The position numbers and the translations under genes are program-made. A stretch of DNA of 64,000 bases from an uncultured delta proteobacterium. GTDB taxonomy: Bacteria > Myxococcota_A > Polyangia > Haliangiales > Haliangiaceae. This document shows positions 41,928 to 53,988 of the stretch, in pieces (the stretch's first letter is position 1; each line of letters opens with the position of its first letter). The stretch lies in assembly GCA_963848295.1 (NCBI GenBank), contig CAWKDB010000002.1, positions 96,001 to 160,000 on the forward strand. The letters run 5' to 3'. Under the pieces are notes generated by a model. That model saw only the letters and a program-made list of their open reading frames with translations, did not search any database and was not told where the DNA came from.

Positions 41928-44900
41928 TAGTTCTCCGCGGGCGACTCGACCACCGTGGCGGGCGTCTGTGCGGATGTCGCCGGTCGAGACCACAACGCAC
42001 GTGGATCTGCCGCCGACAGGATCACCTGCGGCTCGCCGACCGCGGCGAGCTCGTCGAGCACCGCCGCGACCCCGGCTTCGGTCGCGATCAGCTCGACGCC
42101 ACGCCGGGCGTACTCGCGCGCGAGCTCGGGCGACACCATACCGGCGCCGGCCCACGGCCCCCAATCGATCGAGACCACGCGCCCGCTGACCTTGCGCGCG
42201 AGCGACCATGCGAGCTTGTCGAGCGCATCGCCCGCCGCCGCGTAATCCGCTTGGCCGCGATTGCCGAACGCGCCGACGATGCTCGAGAACAGCACGACCA
42301 GCTTCGTGTCGGAGCGCAGCTTGTCGGCGATCGTGTGGGCGCCGGCGACCTTCGTCGCGTAGACCCGCTCGAACGCGTCGCCGGTCTTGTGCTTCATCAG
42401 CTTGTCGTCGAGCACGCCGGCGCCGTGGATCACGCCGTCGATCCGACCGCGCGTTCGATACAGCTCGTCGATCAGCGCGCCGAACTGCGGCGTGCGCACG
42501 TCGACCGCGTGGTACGTGCCGCGGTCCCCGAGCGCTGCGAGCGTCGCGCGGATCTCGCGGTCGGCGAGGATCCGCGCGCATCGTTTTTCGATCTCGGCAG
42601 GAGTCGCGCCCCCGACCGCGAGCGCGCGGCGCAGCGCCGGGGCATCGGCCGCCGCGACGAGCTCGGCCGGTTCGGCCCCGGGCAACGGCGAACGGCCGAC
42701 CAGCTCGATCCGGCAGCCGTAGCGCTCGGCGACGGCGATCGCGGTCCGCGCCGTGATGCCGCGAGCGCCACCGGTGACGAGCACGACCGATTGCGCATCA
42801 AACGCGGGCGGTCGGCCGAGCTCGCGCGGCGCGGGTTGCAGCTCGCGCGTCACCCGCTCTCCGGCGAGGTAGCCGATCTCGAAGTGCGCGTCGTGCGCGT
42901 GGAGCTCGGCATGAACGAGCGCGGCGACATCGGCGGTGCCTGGCTCGACGTCGACGACGCGTGCGCGAATCGCCGGGAACTCGGCGGCGACGGTCTTGAC
43001 CAGGCCCGCCGGGCCACCGAGCACGTCGCCGGCTTGCTGGCCGAAACCGCCGTGTGCGGTCACGACGATGATCGTCTTGGCCCCGGCGAGCGCGGCTTCG
43101 CGCACGCGCTCGAACTGCGCGCGCATCGCGGCGACCGAGTCGATCCTGCCGAGATAGACGAGGCCATCGAGCTCGTCGCCGAGCGCGATGGCGCCCGCGA
43201 CGCGGCGCACCGTCGCGCCCTCCGCGAACAGCTTCGCCTCGAGCGCGATCGCGACATCGTCGTCGCCGCCGCAGATCGCGATGCGCTGACCGGCGAGCGT
43301 CGAATAGCCGTTGACCGGCGCGGGCGCCGGCACGATCGCGAGGCGATAACGACCGACCTGCGCGCCCGCGGTGGCGCCGGTGCGAATCGGGCCGGTGTCG
43401 GCGTCGTCGGCGGCGGCGATCGGAGCCGCGGCGTCGACCGTCGATGTGATCGGCGACGGCGCGCCGGCCGCCGGGGTGGCGAGCCGTTCGGACAGCCACG
43501 CGACGAGTGCGCGCAACGTCTTGCGGGTAGCGAGCTCTTCGACGATCGCATCCGCGTTGCCGTCGCCGTCGACCTTCAGCCCGAGCCGCTGCGCGAGCTC
43601 GCCGATGATCTCGATCCGCTTGATCGAGTCGATGCTGAGATCGGCCTCGAGGTCGAGATCGACGCCGAGCGTGTCGATCGGATAGCCGGTGCGCTCGCTG
43701 ACGATCGACAGCACGAGCTGCATCGGGTCGACGACGGCTGGGGTCTCTCGCACGGGCTGGGGCACCGGGGCTTCCGCAACTCGAGCCGGCGACGGTCGCG
43801 AGCGACGGCAGCTCGATGACCTCGAGCGCGCGAGCCGGCACCGCGCCGAGGTACGACAGCATGACGTCGCGTTGCGCCGCGATCATCTCGCGCATGCCGC
43901 GCAGGTACTCGACCACGACACCTTCGCGCTCCCCACCGGGGGCGATCGTCGAGCTACTCGGGCGGCCAGGTGAACGCATGGCGGGTACCTCTGAGCGAAC
44001 GGCGACCATCGGCTGCCGTTCCGCGGCGTGCAGTGTCTCACCTTCCGGCCTCGCCGAGTGTCCGTTGACCAACCAGCGCGGCCCCTTCGCGACGACCGGC
44101 GGGGTGTCGAGATCGAGCACCGCCGCATCGCGATCCCAGAACAGCGGCGCCGGATCGACCGCGACGCCGGCGGCGGCGAGCGTCGCGAACGCGCGCATGA
44201 GCTGGCGCAGGCCCGCATCGCCGATATCGCACGCGACCGCGACGTGGGGTCGATCGCCGAGAATCTCGCCGACGAGCTTGGTCAGTACTTGACCCGGGCC
44301 GGCCTCGACGAACACGCGCGCACCAGCGTCGTACATCGCGCGGATCTCGTCCGCGAACCGCACGGGGCTCGCGACTTGTTCGGCGAGCAGCTCGCGCACC
44401 GCCTCGGCGCGCCCGGGATACGGGGCCGCGGTCACGTTCGAGTACACCGGGAAGGCCGGCGGATAGGTCTCGATGTCGACGAGGCGTTGCGCGAGCGCCG
44501 TGCGCGCACCGGCGACGATCGGGCTGTGGAACGCGCACGCGACGGGCAGCTTGCGCGCGGCCAGGCCGGCGGCGCCGACGAGCACGAGCGCCATGTCGAT
44601 CGCCGCGGTGCCTCCCGACAGCACGCACTGGGCCGGCGAGTTGTGGTTTGCGACGACGACGCCGTCGATCTCGGCGACGAGCGGTGCGACGACCGCAGCA
44701 TCGGCCGCGACCGCCGCCATCGCGCCCGGATCGCTGCCCGCGGCATCGAGGATCGCTTCGCCGCGCGCGGCGCTGAGCGCGAGCAGATCCGCTTGGCCGT
44801 ACGCGCCCGCGAGGCAGAGCGCGACCAGCTCGCCGTAGCTATGGCCGGCGGCCATCGCCGGCCGCACGCCGCACAACGCGAGGATCTCGGCCACCGCGAG

Positions 44901-47900
44901 ATCGGCGATGCCGAGCGCGGGCTGCGCGACGCGGGTGTCGGTGAGCGCCGCGAGCTGCGCCGCCTTGCCGTCCCGAGTGAACGCCGCCGGCGGATAGAGT
45001 GTGCCGGCCCATGGCGCGCCGAGCTCGAGCAAGCGATGCAGGCGCGGAAACGCGACGAACAGCTCGGCGAGCATGCCCGGCCGTTGGCTGCCCTGCCCCG
45101 GGCACAGGATCGCGAGCTTGCCGTCGATCGCACCGTCGATCGGTGCCGCGAACCACACGCCGCGCCGATCGGCAGTCCCCTGCCGCGCGAGCGCGAGCTT
45201 CGCCGCGAGATCCGCGACCGAATCGGCGACGATCGCGACTTGCACCGGGCCATCGCCGGACAGGCATGCGGTGCGCGCGAGGTCGCGCAGCCGCGGCGGC
45301 TCGAGTGCGTCGGCGATCCGCTGCTCGAGCTTGCTGCCGATCACGAGCGCGGCGGCGCGATCGCTGCCGCGCAGCAACACGAGCTCGGCCGGCCACGCGC
45401 CGGTCGCGGGCAGCTCGTCGCCACCGCCGCGATGCGCGGTGAGCACGGCGTGGAAGTTCGTACCGCCGAACCCGAACGCGCTGACCGCGGCGACGCGCTT
45501 CTCGGTCGCCCACGGCCGCGCCTGATCGAGGAACACGAACGGGCTCGTGTCGCCGTCCCACGCGGAGTTCGGCTTCTTGATGTTGAGCGTCGGCGGCAGC
45601 ACGCCGTGATGGATCGACAGCGCGGCCTTGATCAGGCCCGCCATGCCGGCGGCGCACTTCGTGTGCCCGATCTGCGACTTGACCGAGCCAAGCACGCACG
45701 CGCCGACCTCGGCGCCCGCGTTCGTGAAGACCTCGGTCAGCGTCTGCAGCTCGGTGCGATCACCGACGACGGTACCCGTGCCGTGCGCTTCGACCAGCCC
45801 GACGTCGGCGGCCGACACTCCGGCCTGGCGATACGCGCGATCGAGCGCGCGGACCTGCCCGTCCTTGCGCGGCGCGGTCAGCCCGAGGCTCTTGCCGTCG
45901 CTCGCGCCCGCAACGCCTTTGATCACCGCGTAGACGCGATCGCCGTCGCGCTCGGCATCGGCGAGCCGCTTGACCACGATGCACGCGACGCCTTCGCCGA
46001 GCACGATCCCGTCGGCCGCCGCATCGAACGTATGACACTGGCCGGTCGGCGACAGCGCGTGCACGCTCGAGAACATCAGGTAGTCGTTGATGCTGTTGTG
46101 CAGATCGGCGCCGCCGCACAACACCATGTCGGAGCTGCCCGCGACCAGCTCTTTGACCGCCATGTCGAGCGCGGCGAGCGACGCGGCGCACGCGGCATCG
46201 ACGGTGTAGTTGACGCCGCCGAGATCGAGCCGGTTCGCGATCCGGCCGGCGATCACGTTCGACAGCACGCCGGGGAACGAATCCTCGGACAGCGTCGGCA
46301 GCGACTCGTCGAGGCCGGCCGGCAAAGGGCCGACGTAGTGCGGGAACAACGCGCGGAAGCTGTACGCGCTCGACAGATCGGTGCCGGCTTCGGCGCCGAA
46401 GATCACCGACGTTCGCGCGCGATCGAACGGGCGATTCCCGTACCCGGCGTCGGCGATCGCCCGCCGCGCGATCTCGAGCGACAACAGCTGGACCGGCTCG
46501 ATCGCGTTGAGCGACTTCGGCGGGATGCCGTACGCGAGCGGGTCGAACGGGACGTCGTCGAGAAACCCGCCCCACTTGCACGGCGTCTTCTTGCCGGCAT
46601 CGGCGCCCACCGCGGCCGGGTCGTAATACGTCTCGACGCTCCAGCGCTCGGCCGGGACCTCGCGGATCGCGTTCTTGCCAGCGACGATGTTCGACCAGAA
46701 CGCGTCGGTGTCGGGCGCGCCCGGGAAGATCGCGGCGACGCCGATGATCGCGACGTCGGTGCCGCGTCCGCCCGCGAGCTCGTCGTGATCACGGGCATCC
46801 GCGACTTGGTGAACGCGCGCGGTGCCACCGACCGAGACGTCGCGATGCAGATCGAGCACGCTGCACGTCCCGCGGCGCAGCGCGGCGACCTGGCCGATCA
46901 TGAACATCCCCTCGCGCGCTTGGACCTCGGCATCGACCGGCGCGATCACGTCGCCGGTGCGGCGCAGGCCTTTCGCGGCGATCCGCAGCCGGCCGAGGTT
47001 GAGCTGCTCGAGCGCGGCCCAGATCTCCTGCGGCGTGGCGCCGGCGACTTCGAGCCGCGCGCGCTCGTCGGCGAACGCGTTCGTGAACTCGGTGTCGGCG
47101 CAGCGGGTCGAGTGCCCGGGCGCGGTCTCGACCAGCACCGTGCGATCGCACGCGATCGCGGCTTGCTGGAAGCCTGGTTGGATCGCGCCGCACAGCACCG
47201 CCTCGTCGGTGAACAGATACGCCGTGCCCATCAGCACGCCGATCTTCGCGCCGCGTGCCGCGAGCGGCGCCGCCATCGTCGCGACCATCGCCGCGGAGCG
47301 CGCATCGTGAATACCGCCCGCGAACAACACGTGGAGCTCGCTCGGATCGGGGTGCGCGAGCAGCCGCTCGAGCTGCACTTCCCACAGCGCGAAGCTCGAG
47401 CGCGGCCCGACGTGCCCGCCGCACTCGCGGCCTTCGAACACGAACTTGCGCGCGCCGTCCTTCAAGAACAGCTCGAGCAAGCCCGGCGACGGCACGTGCA
47501 AGTACGTCGCGGTGCCCTGCGCCTCGAGCGGATGCGCCTGCGATGGGCGGCCGCCCGCGATCAGCGCGACCGGCGGCGGCAGCTCGCGCAACACCTCGAG
47601 TTGTTGCTCGCGTACGTCGGGCGGGACGAACCCCAAGATCCCGACGCCCCACGGCCGATCGCCGAGCAGCTCGCGGGTCTCGCGCAACAGCTCGCGGACC
47701 TCGTTGCCGGTCATCAGCGTCAGCGCGAGGAACGGCAGGCCGCCGCCCGACGCGACCGCTTCGGCGAAGCGCGCGCGATCCGACACGCGCGACATCGGGC
47801 CTTGCGCGATCGGATACTTCACGCCGTGCGCCGCAGCGAGCGGCGAGCGCGGCCCGAGCGGTGCGTACGCGACGGCGTCGGCGAGGTGGGTCTCGATCGC

Positions 47901-48698
47901 CGAGCGCACGCCGCGGATCAACGCCGCGCACGTCGGGAACTGCTGCGCGAGCGCGCGAGCGAGCGCGCCGTCCTGACCGACCGGCACGAGATCGCGGTGC
48001 AGATCGTCCCCGCCGAGCAGCGCGCGGACGTCGCCGGCTGCGGCGCGAGCCATCTGCGCGACCGGCAGATCGGGCCGCGTGAACACGCGATAACCGGCGA
48101 GCACGACGGTCTCGCTGCCGTCCATCGCCGCGATCGCCGACTTGATCGGCGCCGCGAGTGATGACTCGCGAACCAACGCGAGCTGCGAATCGAGCACGAC
48201 GCCCGCCGCGCCGCCCGCGATACACGCCGCCGCGGTATGCAGGCCGATGCCGCCCTGCGCCCAGACCGGAACGTCGAGCGCCGCGACCAGGCGCTGGACC
48301 AGCACGAACGTCGTCTCTTCGCCGACGCGGCCTCCGGCCTCGTGGCCCTTCGCGATCACGCCGGCCGCGCGCGCTGCGATCGCGGCACGCGCTTCGGCCT
48401 CGGACGTGACCTGGACGTAGACGCAATGATCGGCGAACCGCGCGATATCGGCGACCGACTCGACGATCACGGTGTGGACTTGTGGCGGCAGCTCGGGGGC
48501 TGAAGCGCCCTCGGGGACGCGGACGCCGAAGCCGCGGGGGAGTCGGCGCGCCAACGCGGCGAGCGCGCGCTCTGCCACTGCGGGATCGCGTCCGAGATCG
48601 AGGACGCCCAGCGCACCGGCGTCGCACGCGGCCGCGACCAACCCGGGATCGGGGCGGTCCAGGGGCGAGATGCCGATGACTTCGAACACTGCAGTCAT
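41927..48698 (-). CDS. Pfa/HglE-like type I PKS: FMN enoyl-reductase-like, KS, AT, ACP, KR; apparent frameshift at ~43770-43800
   Basis: Nitronate-monooxygenase-like N-terminus (GHEAGG, QGPMSRVSD, ECGGH); KS DAACAAS, EAHGTGT, GHTK; AT GHSYG; ACP DSIKR and KR VTGGARGI..YAAA in the second frame (ORF 41927-43765). Confidence 0.85.
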
Positions 48699-48877
48699 GA
48701 GCGGTCCGACGGTACCAGCCGGGTACTTCAAGCGTCGAGGCCCTAGTTTGCCACGCGCTGTAATGATTTAGGGCGGTTGGTTGCCATACCGATGTAAAGA
48801 ATCAGCGTCATCGACGGGGCGATCTTGGTGACCGATTCATGACAGGGCCGGGTCGGCATTCTGACCGTAGATCGGCG

Positions 48878-49933
48878 ATGTTCCCCAAGATGTCAGCAGA
48901 GCTCGGGACCTTACGGACGGAGCTGCGAGACGCCGGTGTGTTCGAGCACCGCGAATTGCGCAGTTGGCTCGAGCTCGCGGGGCTCGGCTCGGCGCTCGCC
49001 GCATGCCTGGTCGGGATCGTTCATTGGGGCCCGCTTGGGGCATTGGCGCTCATCCCGGTCGCTGCGGTTTTTGCCACGTCGATCGCGATGTATGGCCACG
49101 GTGGCAGTCATCGCAGCTTTTCGTCGTCGCCGTTTCGCAACCAGTTGCTGACCACCGTCGCGTTCCCGCTGTTCTCCGGGCTCGGCACCCTGTACTGGCA
49201 TAACAAGCACGACCGGCTCCACCACGGCCATCCGAACGTCGAGGGTAAGGACCCGGACATTCGGCCGTTCCCGTTCGCATCCTCCGCTGGCGATCACGCG
49301 AAGTGCGGGCGCGCCGAGCAGTGGTTCCAGCGCAACTTCCAGCGCTGGATGTTCTGGCCGATGTCCACCCTGATGACGCTCGGCATGCGGCGCTCGTCGA
49401 TCAACTACCTGCTGCGCTATCCGAACAAGCACACCGCGGAGTATCGGCTCGAGGTGGTGGCCATGGCGCTCCATTACGTGTGCTGGTTGGTGATTCCAGC
49501 GCTGATCTGGGGCCCGCTCGCCGCGCTCGTCGTGTACGCAGGGATCTGGGCGCTCGTCGGCGTGTTCCTCGCGCTCGTGTTCGCACCCGCGCACATGGGT
49601 CTGCCGGTGATGGCCGACCAACACCACGATTGGCTGCACCAGCTCGAGACCACCCGCAACCTCGAGATGCCGCGCCTCATGTCGTTCTTCTTCGTCGGTC
49701 TCGACTACCAGGTCGAGCACCACCTGTTCCCGAAGATCCCGCATCACAACCTGCCCCGCGCCGCGGAGATCACGCGCCGATGGTGCGCGGCGAACGGCGT
49801 CGTCTATCACTCCACGCCGTACCTGCACGCGCTCGTCGATTCGGTCCAGTTCATGGCGAACGCGTGGGAACGCGATTCGATCCCGGCGGCGTCGGTGCGG
49901 ATCATCCGCCCGATCGACGTCGTCATGGCGTAG
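48878..49933 (+). CDS. Membrane fatty acid desaturase (front-end-type His boxes)
   Basis: HGGSH, HDRLHH, QVEHHLFP; TM segments; start at MFPKM is approximate. Confidence 0.88.
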   Translation: MFPKMSAELGTLRTELRDAGVFEHRELRSWLELAGLGSALAACLVGIVHWGPLGALALIPVAAVFATSIAMYGHGGSHRSFSSSPFRNQLLTTVAFPLFSGLGTLYWHNKHDRLHHGHPNVEGKDPDIRPFPFASSAGDHAKCGRAEQWFQRNFQRWMFWPMSTLMTLGMRRSSINYLLRYPNKHTAEYRLEVVAMALHYVCWLVIPALIWGPLAALVVYAGIWALVGVFLALVFAPAHMGLPVMADQHHDWLHQLETTRNLEMPRLMSFFFVGLDYQVEHHLFPKIPHHNLPRAAEITRRWCAANGVVYHSTPYLHALVDSVQFMANAWERDSIPAASVRIIRPIDVVMA

Positions 49934-49966
49934 CTCACCGCCGCATCCAGTGGTGAGCGACCGTGC

Positions 49967-50926
49967 TTAGTGAACCGTGTAGTAGTTGTACAAGGTGGCG
50001 ATCTCGGTCGCGTCGAGCGCGCGGCTGAACACCATGACTTCGTCGACCGCGCCGTCTAGTCCTAGCGACGGTTCGAAGCCCATCGCCCCGAGCTCCAGCT
50101 CGAACGATGGAGGTGAAGCGAGCACGGCGGTACGCGTGCCTGCAGACTGTCCGTCTACGTAGAGAGTGCTCGTCGTGCCGTCGAACGTGCCGGCGACGAA
50201 GTGCCATTCGCCGAGCGACAGGTTCGACGACCCGGCGAGCAGGTACGACGTGGTCCCGTCCTGCAGTTGGAACGCCGGTGCGTCCCCGTAGTGCGATGCC
50301 CACAGCGCGAAGCCGGCATAGGCGCCACAGCAATCGCGATTGTTGGACAAGATGTATCCGTACTGGCTGGCGCTGTTCAACATGACCCAGCCGAGCACGG
50401 TGAGTTGAGTGGACAGCATCGTGAGCGACGGTCCAGAGCCGACGTCGATGTTCGTCGTTGTCGAGAACGCGGCCGCGGTCCCGCGTATGCCGGGGACTCC
50501 CGCTGCCGGGCACATCGTACACATCCCGGTATTTGCGTTCGCTGACAGATCGCGAAACATCGTCGAGCCTTGAACATCGTCGAGCGGCCAGTACGCGACG
50601 AGGTCAGGATCGCTCGCGATCGAGGGCGCACACACGCCAGTCAACCTCGTTTCCCCCGCGAGGCACGCGAGCAGCGCGTCCGCAGGGGCATCGCTGATCC
50701 GCGTGCTGTCGTACGGCTCGGAACCGGAGTCGCCGCCGGCCGCGAGGTCGCATGTCCATGAGGCAGGATTGCAGACCAGGCCGCTCGGACACGCGTCGCC
50801 GGTGGCACACGGCGCGCCGGGTACCGGATGGGGCGCGTAACAGCTCGCCATGGCAACCGAAGCGATCACTGCCGAGAGAGCCGCGCGCAAGACGCAATCG
50901 TCCGCCGTGGAGGCGGACGGTGTCAA
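49967..50926 (-). CDS. LamG / ConA-like domain lipoprotein with Cys-rich N-terminus
   Basis: LVAYWPLD, WHFVAGTFDG..LYVDG, GAVDEVMVFSRAL; start uncertain. Confidence 0.8.
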   Translation of the reverse strand: MTPSASTADDCVLRAALSAVIASVAMASCYAPHPVPGAPCATGDACPSGLVCNPASWTCDLAAGGDSGSEPYDSTRISDAPADALLACLAGETRLTGVCAPSIASDPDLVAYWPLDDVQGSTMFRDLSANANTGMCTMCPAAGVPGIRGTAAAFSTTTNIDVGSGPSLTMLSTQLTVLGWVMLNSASQYGYILSNNRDCCGAYAGFALWASHYGDAPAFQLQDGTTSYLLAGSSNLSLGEWHFVAGTFDGTTSTLYVDGQSAGTRTAVLASPPSFELELGAMGFEPSLGLDGAVDEVMVFSRALDATEIATLYNYYTVH

Positions 50927-50932
50927 CGCCGA

Positions 50933-52129
50933 CTATACGGCGCGGCAGTATTCGGGATGCGCGCGGCCCGGCTTCGTCAGCACGAACTGGAACAAGTTGC
51001 CGTCGCGCGAGCGCGACGCGCCGGCGGCGGCGAGCAAGTAGAACTTCCACATCAGGTAGAACTTGCGATCGTAGCGGTGCGCGATCTCGCTGTACGTCGC
51101 GTCGAACTTGTCCCACCACGCCATCAGCGTCGGGTCGTAGTCCGGGCCGATGTTGTGGAGGTCCTCGATCACGAACTTGCCCTCGATCGCGCGGCCGATC
51201 TGGGCGAGCGACGGCGCGACCGCGTTCGGGAAGATGTACTTCTCGATGAACGGCGTGCCGTGGCGCAGGCTGATGTTGTTCGAGATCGTGTGGACGAGCG
51301 CGACCCCGTCCTTGACGAGGCAGCGATCGATCACGCGCATCATCTCGGCGTGGTTCTTCGGGCCGACGTGCTCCATCATGCCGATCGAGACGACGCGATC
51401 GAACGTGCCGTGGACGTCGCGGTAGTCGCACAGCCGGAGCTCGACCGGCAGGTGCTTCCACTTCTGGTTGCCGAGCGAGACCTGGTCCTTCGACAGGGTC
51501 ACGCCGAGCACGGTCGCGCCGTACTTCTCGGCCGCCCAGCTCGCGAACCCGCCCCAGCCGCATCCGAGATCGAGCACCTTCATGCCGGGCTCGAGGCCGA
51601 TCTTCCGGCACACGAGGTCGAGCTTGGCTTCCTGCGCCTCGGTCAGGGTCTTCGCATGCTTCCAGTACGCGCAGGTGTAGACCATGCGCTCGTCGAGCAT
51701 CCGGGTGTACAGGTCGTTGCCGATGTCGTAGTGCGCCTCGACCGACGCGCCCGAGCGGGTCTTGGCCTGGAGGTTGAGCAGCACGGCCTTCGCGGTCAGC
51801 GCGCGCATCCGCCAGCTGCCGGTGATCTTTTGCTTGAGGTTCGCGCGCATGATCTTGTCGATCGTGACGTCGAGCGCGTCGGTCTCGAACCACTCGTCCA
51901 TGTACGCCTCGCCGAACCCGACCGAGGCCTCGCGCACGACCCGCTCGTAGAACCGCGGGTCGCGGACGCGAATATCGCCCGGCGCGTGACCGCCGATCTC
52001 GATCCCGGCCATGCCGAATAGCTCGCGCACGATCGCCTCGGCGTCCGAGCGACGGGTGGGGACCATGCGGCGAAACATCTCCGCGGGCGAAAACGAACGG
52101 CTTGGGGTGGGCGGGGTTTCGACCTGCAT
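50933..52129 (-). CDS. cfa: Cyclopropane-fatty-acyl-phospholipid synthase
   Basis: GFGEAYM, HYDIGNDLY, YTCAYW, LDLGCGWG, SIGMMEHVG, KYIFP, MWKFYL. Confidence 0.92.
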   Translation of the reverse strand: MQVETPPTPSRSFSPAEMFRRMVPTRRSDAEAIVRELFGMAGIEIGGHAPGDIRVRDPRFYERVVREASVGFGEAYMDEWFETDALDVTIDKIMRANLKQKITGSWRMRALTAKAVLLNLQAKTRSGASVEAHYDIGNDLYTRMLDERMVYTCAYWKHAKTLTEAQEAKLDLVCRKIGLEPGMKVLDLGCGWGGFASWAAEKYGATVLGVTLSKDQVSLGNQKWKHLPVELRLCDYRDVHGTFDRVVSIGMMEHVGPKNHAEMMRVIDRCLVKDGVALVHTISNNISLRHGTPFIEKYIFPNAVAPSLAQIGRAIEGKFVIEDLHNIGPDYDPTLMAWWDKFDATYSEIAHRYDRKFYLMWKFYLLAAAGASRSRDGNLFQFVLTKPGRAHPEYCRAV

Positions 52130-52152
52130 GGGGCCGTGAGTCTCACGGCCCC
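52130..52152. promoter_or_regulatory. Perfect 11-1-11 palindrome, operator-like
   Basis: ggggccgtgag-t-ctcacggcccc between the divergent cfa and ABC-F starts. Confidence 0.5.
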
Positions 52153-52191
52153 GAGGCACGAACAAGCCGAAAGGGTTGTAGGGTCCCCGGC

Positions 52192-53988
52192 ATGACCGCG
52201 GTCGTGACCGTCAAGGACGTCCATAAGAGGTTCGGCAATCGCCGAGTTCTCGTAGGAGCGTCATTTGCCGTTCACGAGCGCGATCGGATCGGCCTGATCG
52301 GCGCAAACGGCAGCGGCAAGTCCACGCTGCTCAAGATGATGGTGGAGCCGAGCGCGCTGGCTCCCGACGAGGGCGAGATCACCTGGCGCAGAGGGCTCAA
52401 GCTCGAATACGTCGCGCAGGAGCCGACGTTGCCGGGCATTACCGTCGGCGACGCACTGGTTCGACCGGAGCTCGCGGACCATATCGTCGCGACGGTCGCG
52501 GCGGCGCTACGCCTCGCACCGAACCACGCGGTGGTCGCGACGCTGTCGATCGGCGAACGACGGCGGGTCGCGCTCGCTCGCGCGCTGCTCGGTAACCCGG
52601 ACGTGCTCGCGCTCGACGAACCGACGAACCATCTCGACGCGCAGACGATCGAATGGCTCGAGGCTCGGCTCGCGGCGTGGCGCGGCGCGCTGGTCGTCGT
52701 CACGCACGATCGCTACTTCCTCGATCGGGTCGCGACCCGGATCGTCGAGATCGATCGCGGTAAGGCATACGCGTACGAAGGCGACTACGAAGCGTTCCTC
52801 GAAGCGCAGGCCGCGCGGCTCGCGATCGAGAGCGAAGGCGAGCGCCAGCGCAGCACGTTCGTGCGGCGCGAGCTCGATTGGATCCGGCGCGGACCGAAAG
52901 CGCGCACGACCAAAGCGAAGGCGCGGATCGACCGCTTCGATCGCGCGGTCGCGGCGGCGCCGGCGCAAGACGACCGGTTGCAAGCCGACCTCGTGTTGCG
53001 GTTGCCGACCGGGCCGCGGCTCGGCAGCACGATCGTCGAGCTCCGCAAGGTCGGCCGCACGCTCGGCGGCAAGCGGCTGTTCAGCGGGCTCGATCTGATG
53101 ATGAAGCCGGGCGACCGGATCGGCATCGTGGGCCCGAACGGCGCGGGCAAGACGACGTTGATCCGCACGATCCTGGGCATCGACCCACCGGATAGCGGCG
53201 AGGCGATCATCGGCGCGAATACGCGGCCGGCGTACTTCGAGCAAGGGCGCAGCGAGCTGCGCGACGAGCTCACCGTGCTCGAAGAAGTCGGCGACGGCTA
53301 CGACTTTGTCGAGCTCCCCGACGGCAAGGTCCACGTCCGCGGGTTCTTGCGCATGCTGTCGATTCCGGACAACGTCGCCGACACCAAGATCGGCCAGCTG
53401 TCGGGAGGCGAGCGCAATCGCGTCCAGCTCGCGCGGCTGTTGCGGCGCGGCGGCAACCTCTTGGTGCTCGACGAGCCGACCAACGATCTCGATCTGCCGA
53501 CGCTCGCCGCGCTCGAAGACGGGCTCGCGAGCTTCCCGGGCTGCGCGCTGATCGTGTCGCACGATCGCTGGTTCCTCGATCGCGTCGCGACCGCGATCCT
53601 CGCGTTCGAGGGCGACGGCCAGGTCACGCTCTACGAAGGCAGCTATTCGTTCTATGCCGAGCGCCGCGCGCTTAGCCCGAGCCCGAGCCCGAGCCCGAGC
53701 GGCGACAAGCCCGCGTCGCGCGACACCCGCCAGAAGCCGGTCGGCCGGCGCAAGCTCACGTTCAAAGAGCAGCAAGACCTCGCGGCGATCGAGCAGACGA
53801 TCGGCAGCGCCGAGGCCGCGGTCGCCGAGCTCGAAGCAAAGCTCTCGGATCCCGCGGTCTTCAAGGACCGCGCGACCGACGTGCCGGCGCTGATCGCGAA
53901 GCTCGACCTCGCGCGCGCCGACGTCGAACGGCTGTACGCGCGCTGGCAAGAGCTCGATGCGATCGCGCAAGCGAGCAGTCCGCGCTAA
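52192..53988 (+). CDS. ABC-F family ATPase (Uup-like)
   Basis: Two ABC domains (GANGSGKST, LDEPTNHLD; GPNGAGKTT, LSGGE, LDEPTNDLD); KLTFKEQ..RWQEL C-terminal coiled coil; no TM segments. Confidence 0.9.
   Translation: MTAVVTVKDVHKRFGNRRVLVGASFAVHERDRIGLIGANGSGKSTLLKMMVEPSALAPDEGEITWRRGLKLEYVAQEPTLPGITVGDALVRPELADHIVATVAAALRLAPNHAVVATLSIGERRRVALARALLGNPDVLALDEPTNHLDAQTIEWLEARLAAWRGALVVVTHDRYFLDRVATRIVEIDRGKAYAYEGDYEAFLEAQAARLAIESEGERQRSTFVRRELDWIRRGPKARTTKAKARIDRFDRAVAAAPAQDDRLQADLVLRLPTGPRLGSTIVELRKVGRTLGGKRLFSGLDLMMKPGDRIGIVGPNGAGKTTLIRTILGIDPPDSGEAIIGANTRPAYFEQGRSELRDELTVLEEVGDGYDFVELPDGKVHVRGFLRMLSIPDNVADTKIGQLSGGERNRVQLARLLRRGGNLLVLDEPTNDLDLPTLAALEDGLASFPGCALIVSHDRWFLDRVATAILAFEGDGQVTLYEGSYSFYAERRALSPSPSPSPSGDKPASRDTRQKPVGRRKLTFKEQQDLAAIEQTIGSAEAAVAELEAKLSDPAVFKDRATDVPALIAKLDLARADVERLYARWQELDAIAQASSPR

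Noticed and set aside
53674..53700. (AGCCCG)4.5 microsatellite in the ABC-F gene as a phase-variation switch
   Set aside because: Hexamer units preserve frame; it encodes a simple Ser-Pro linker.
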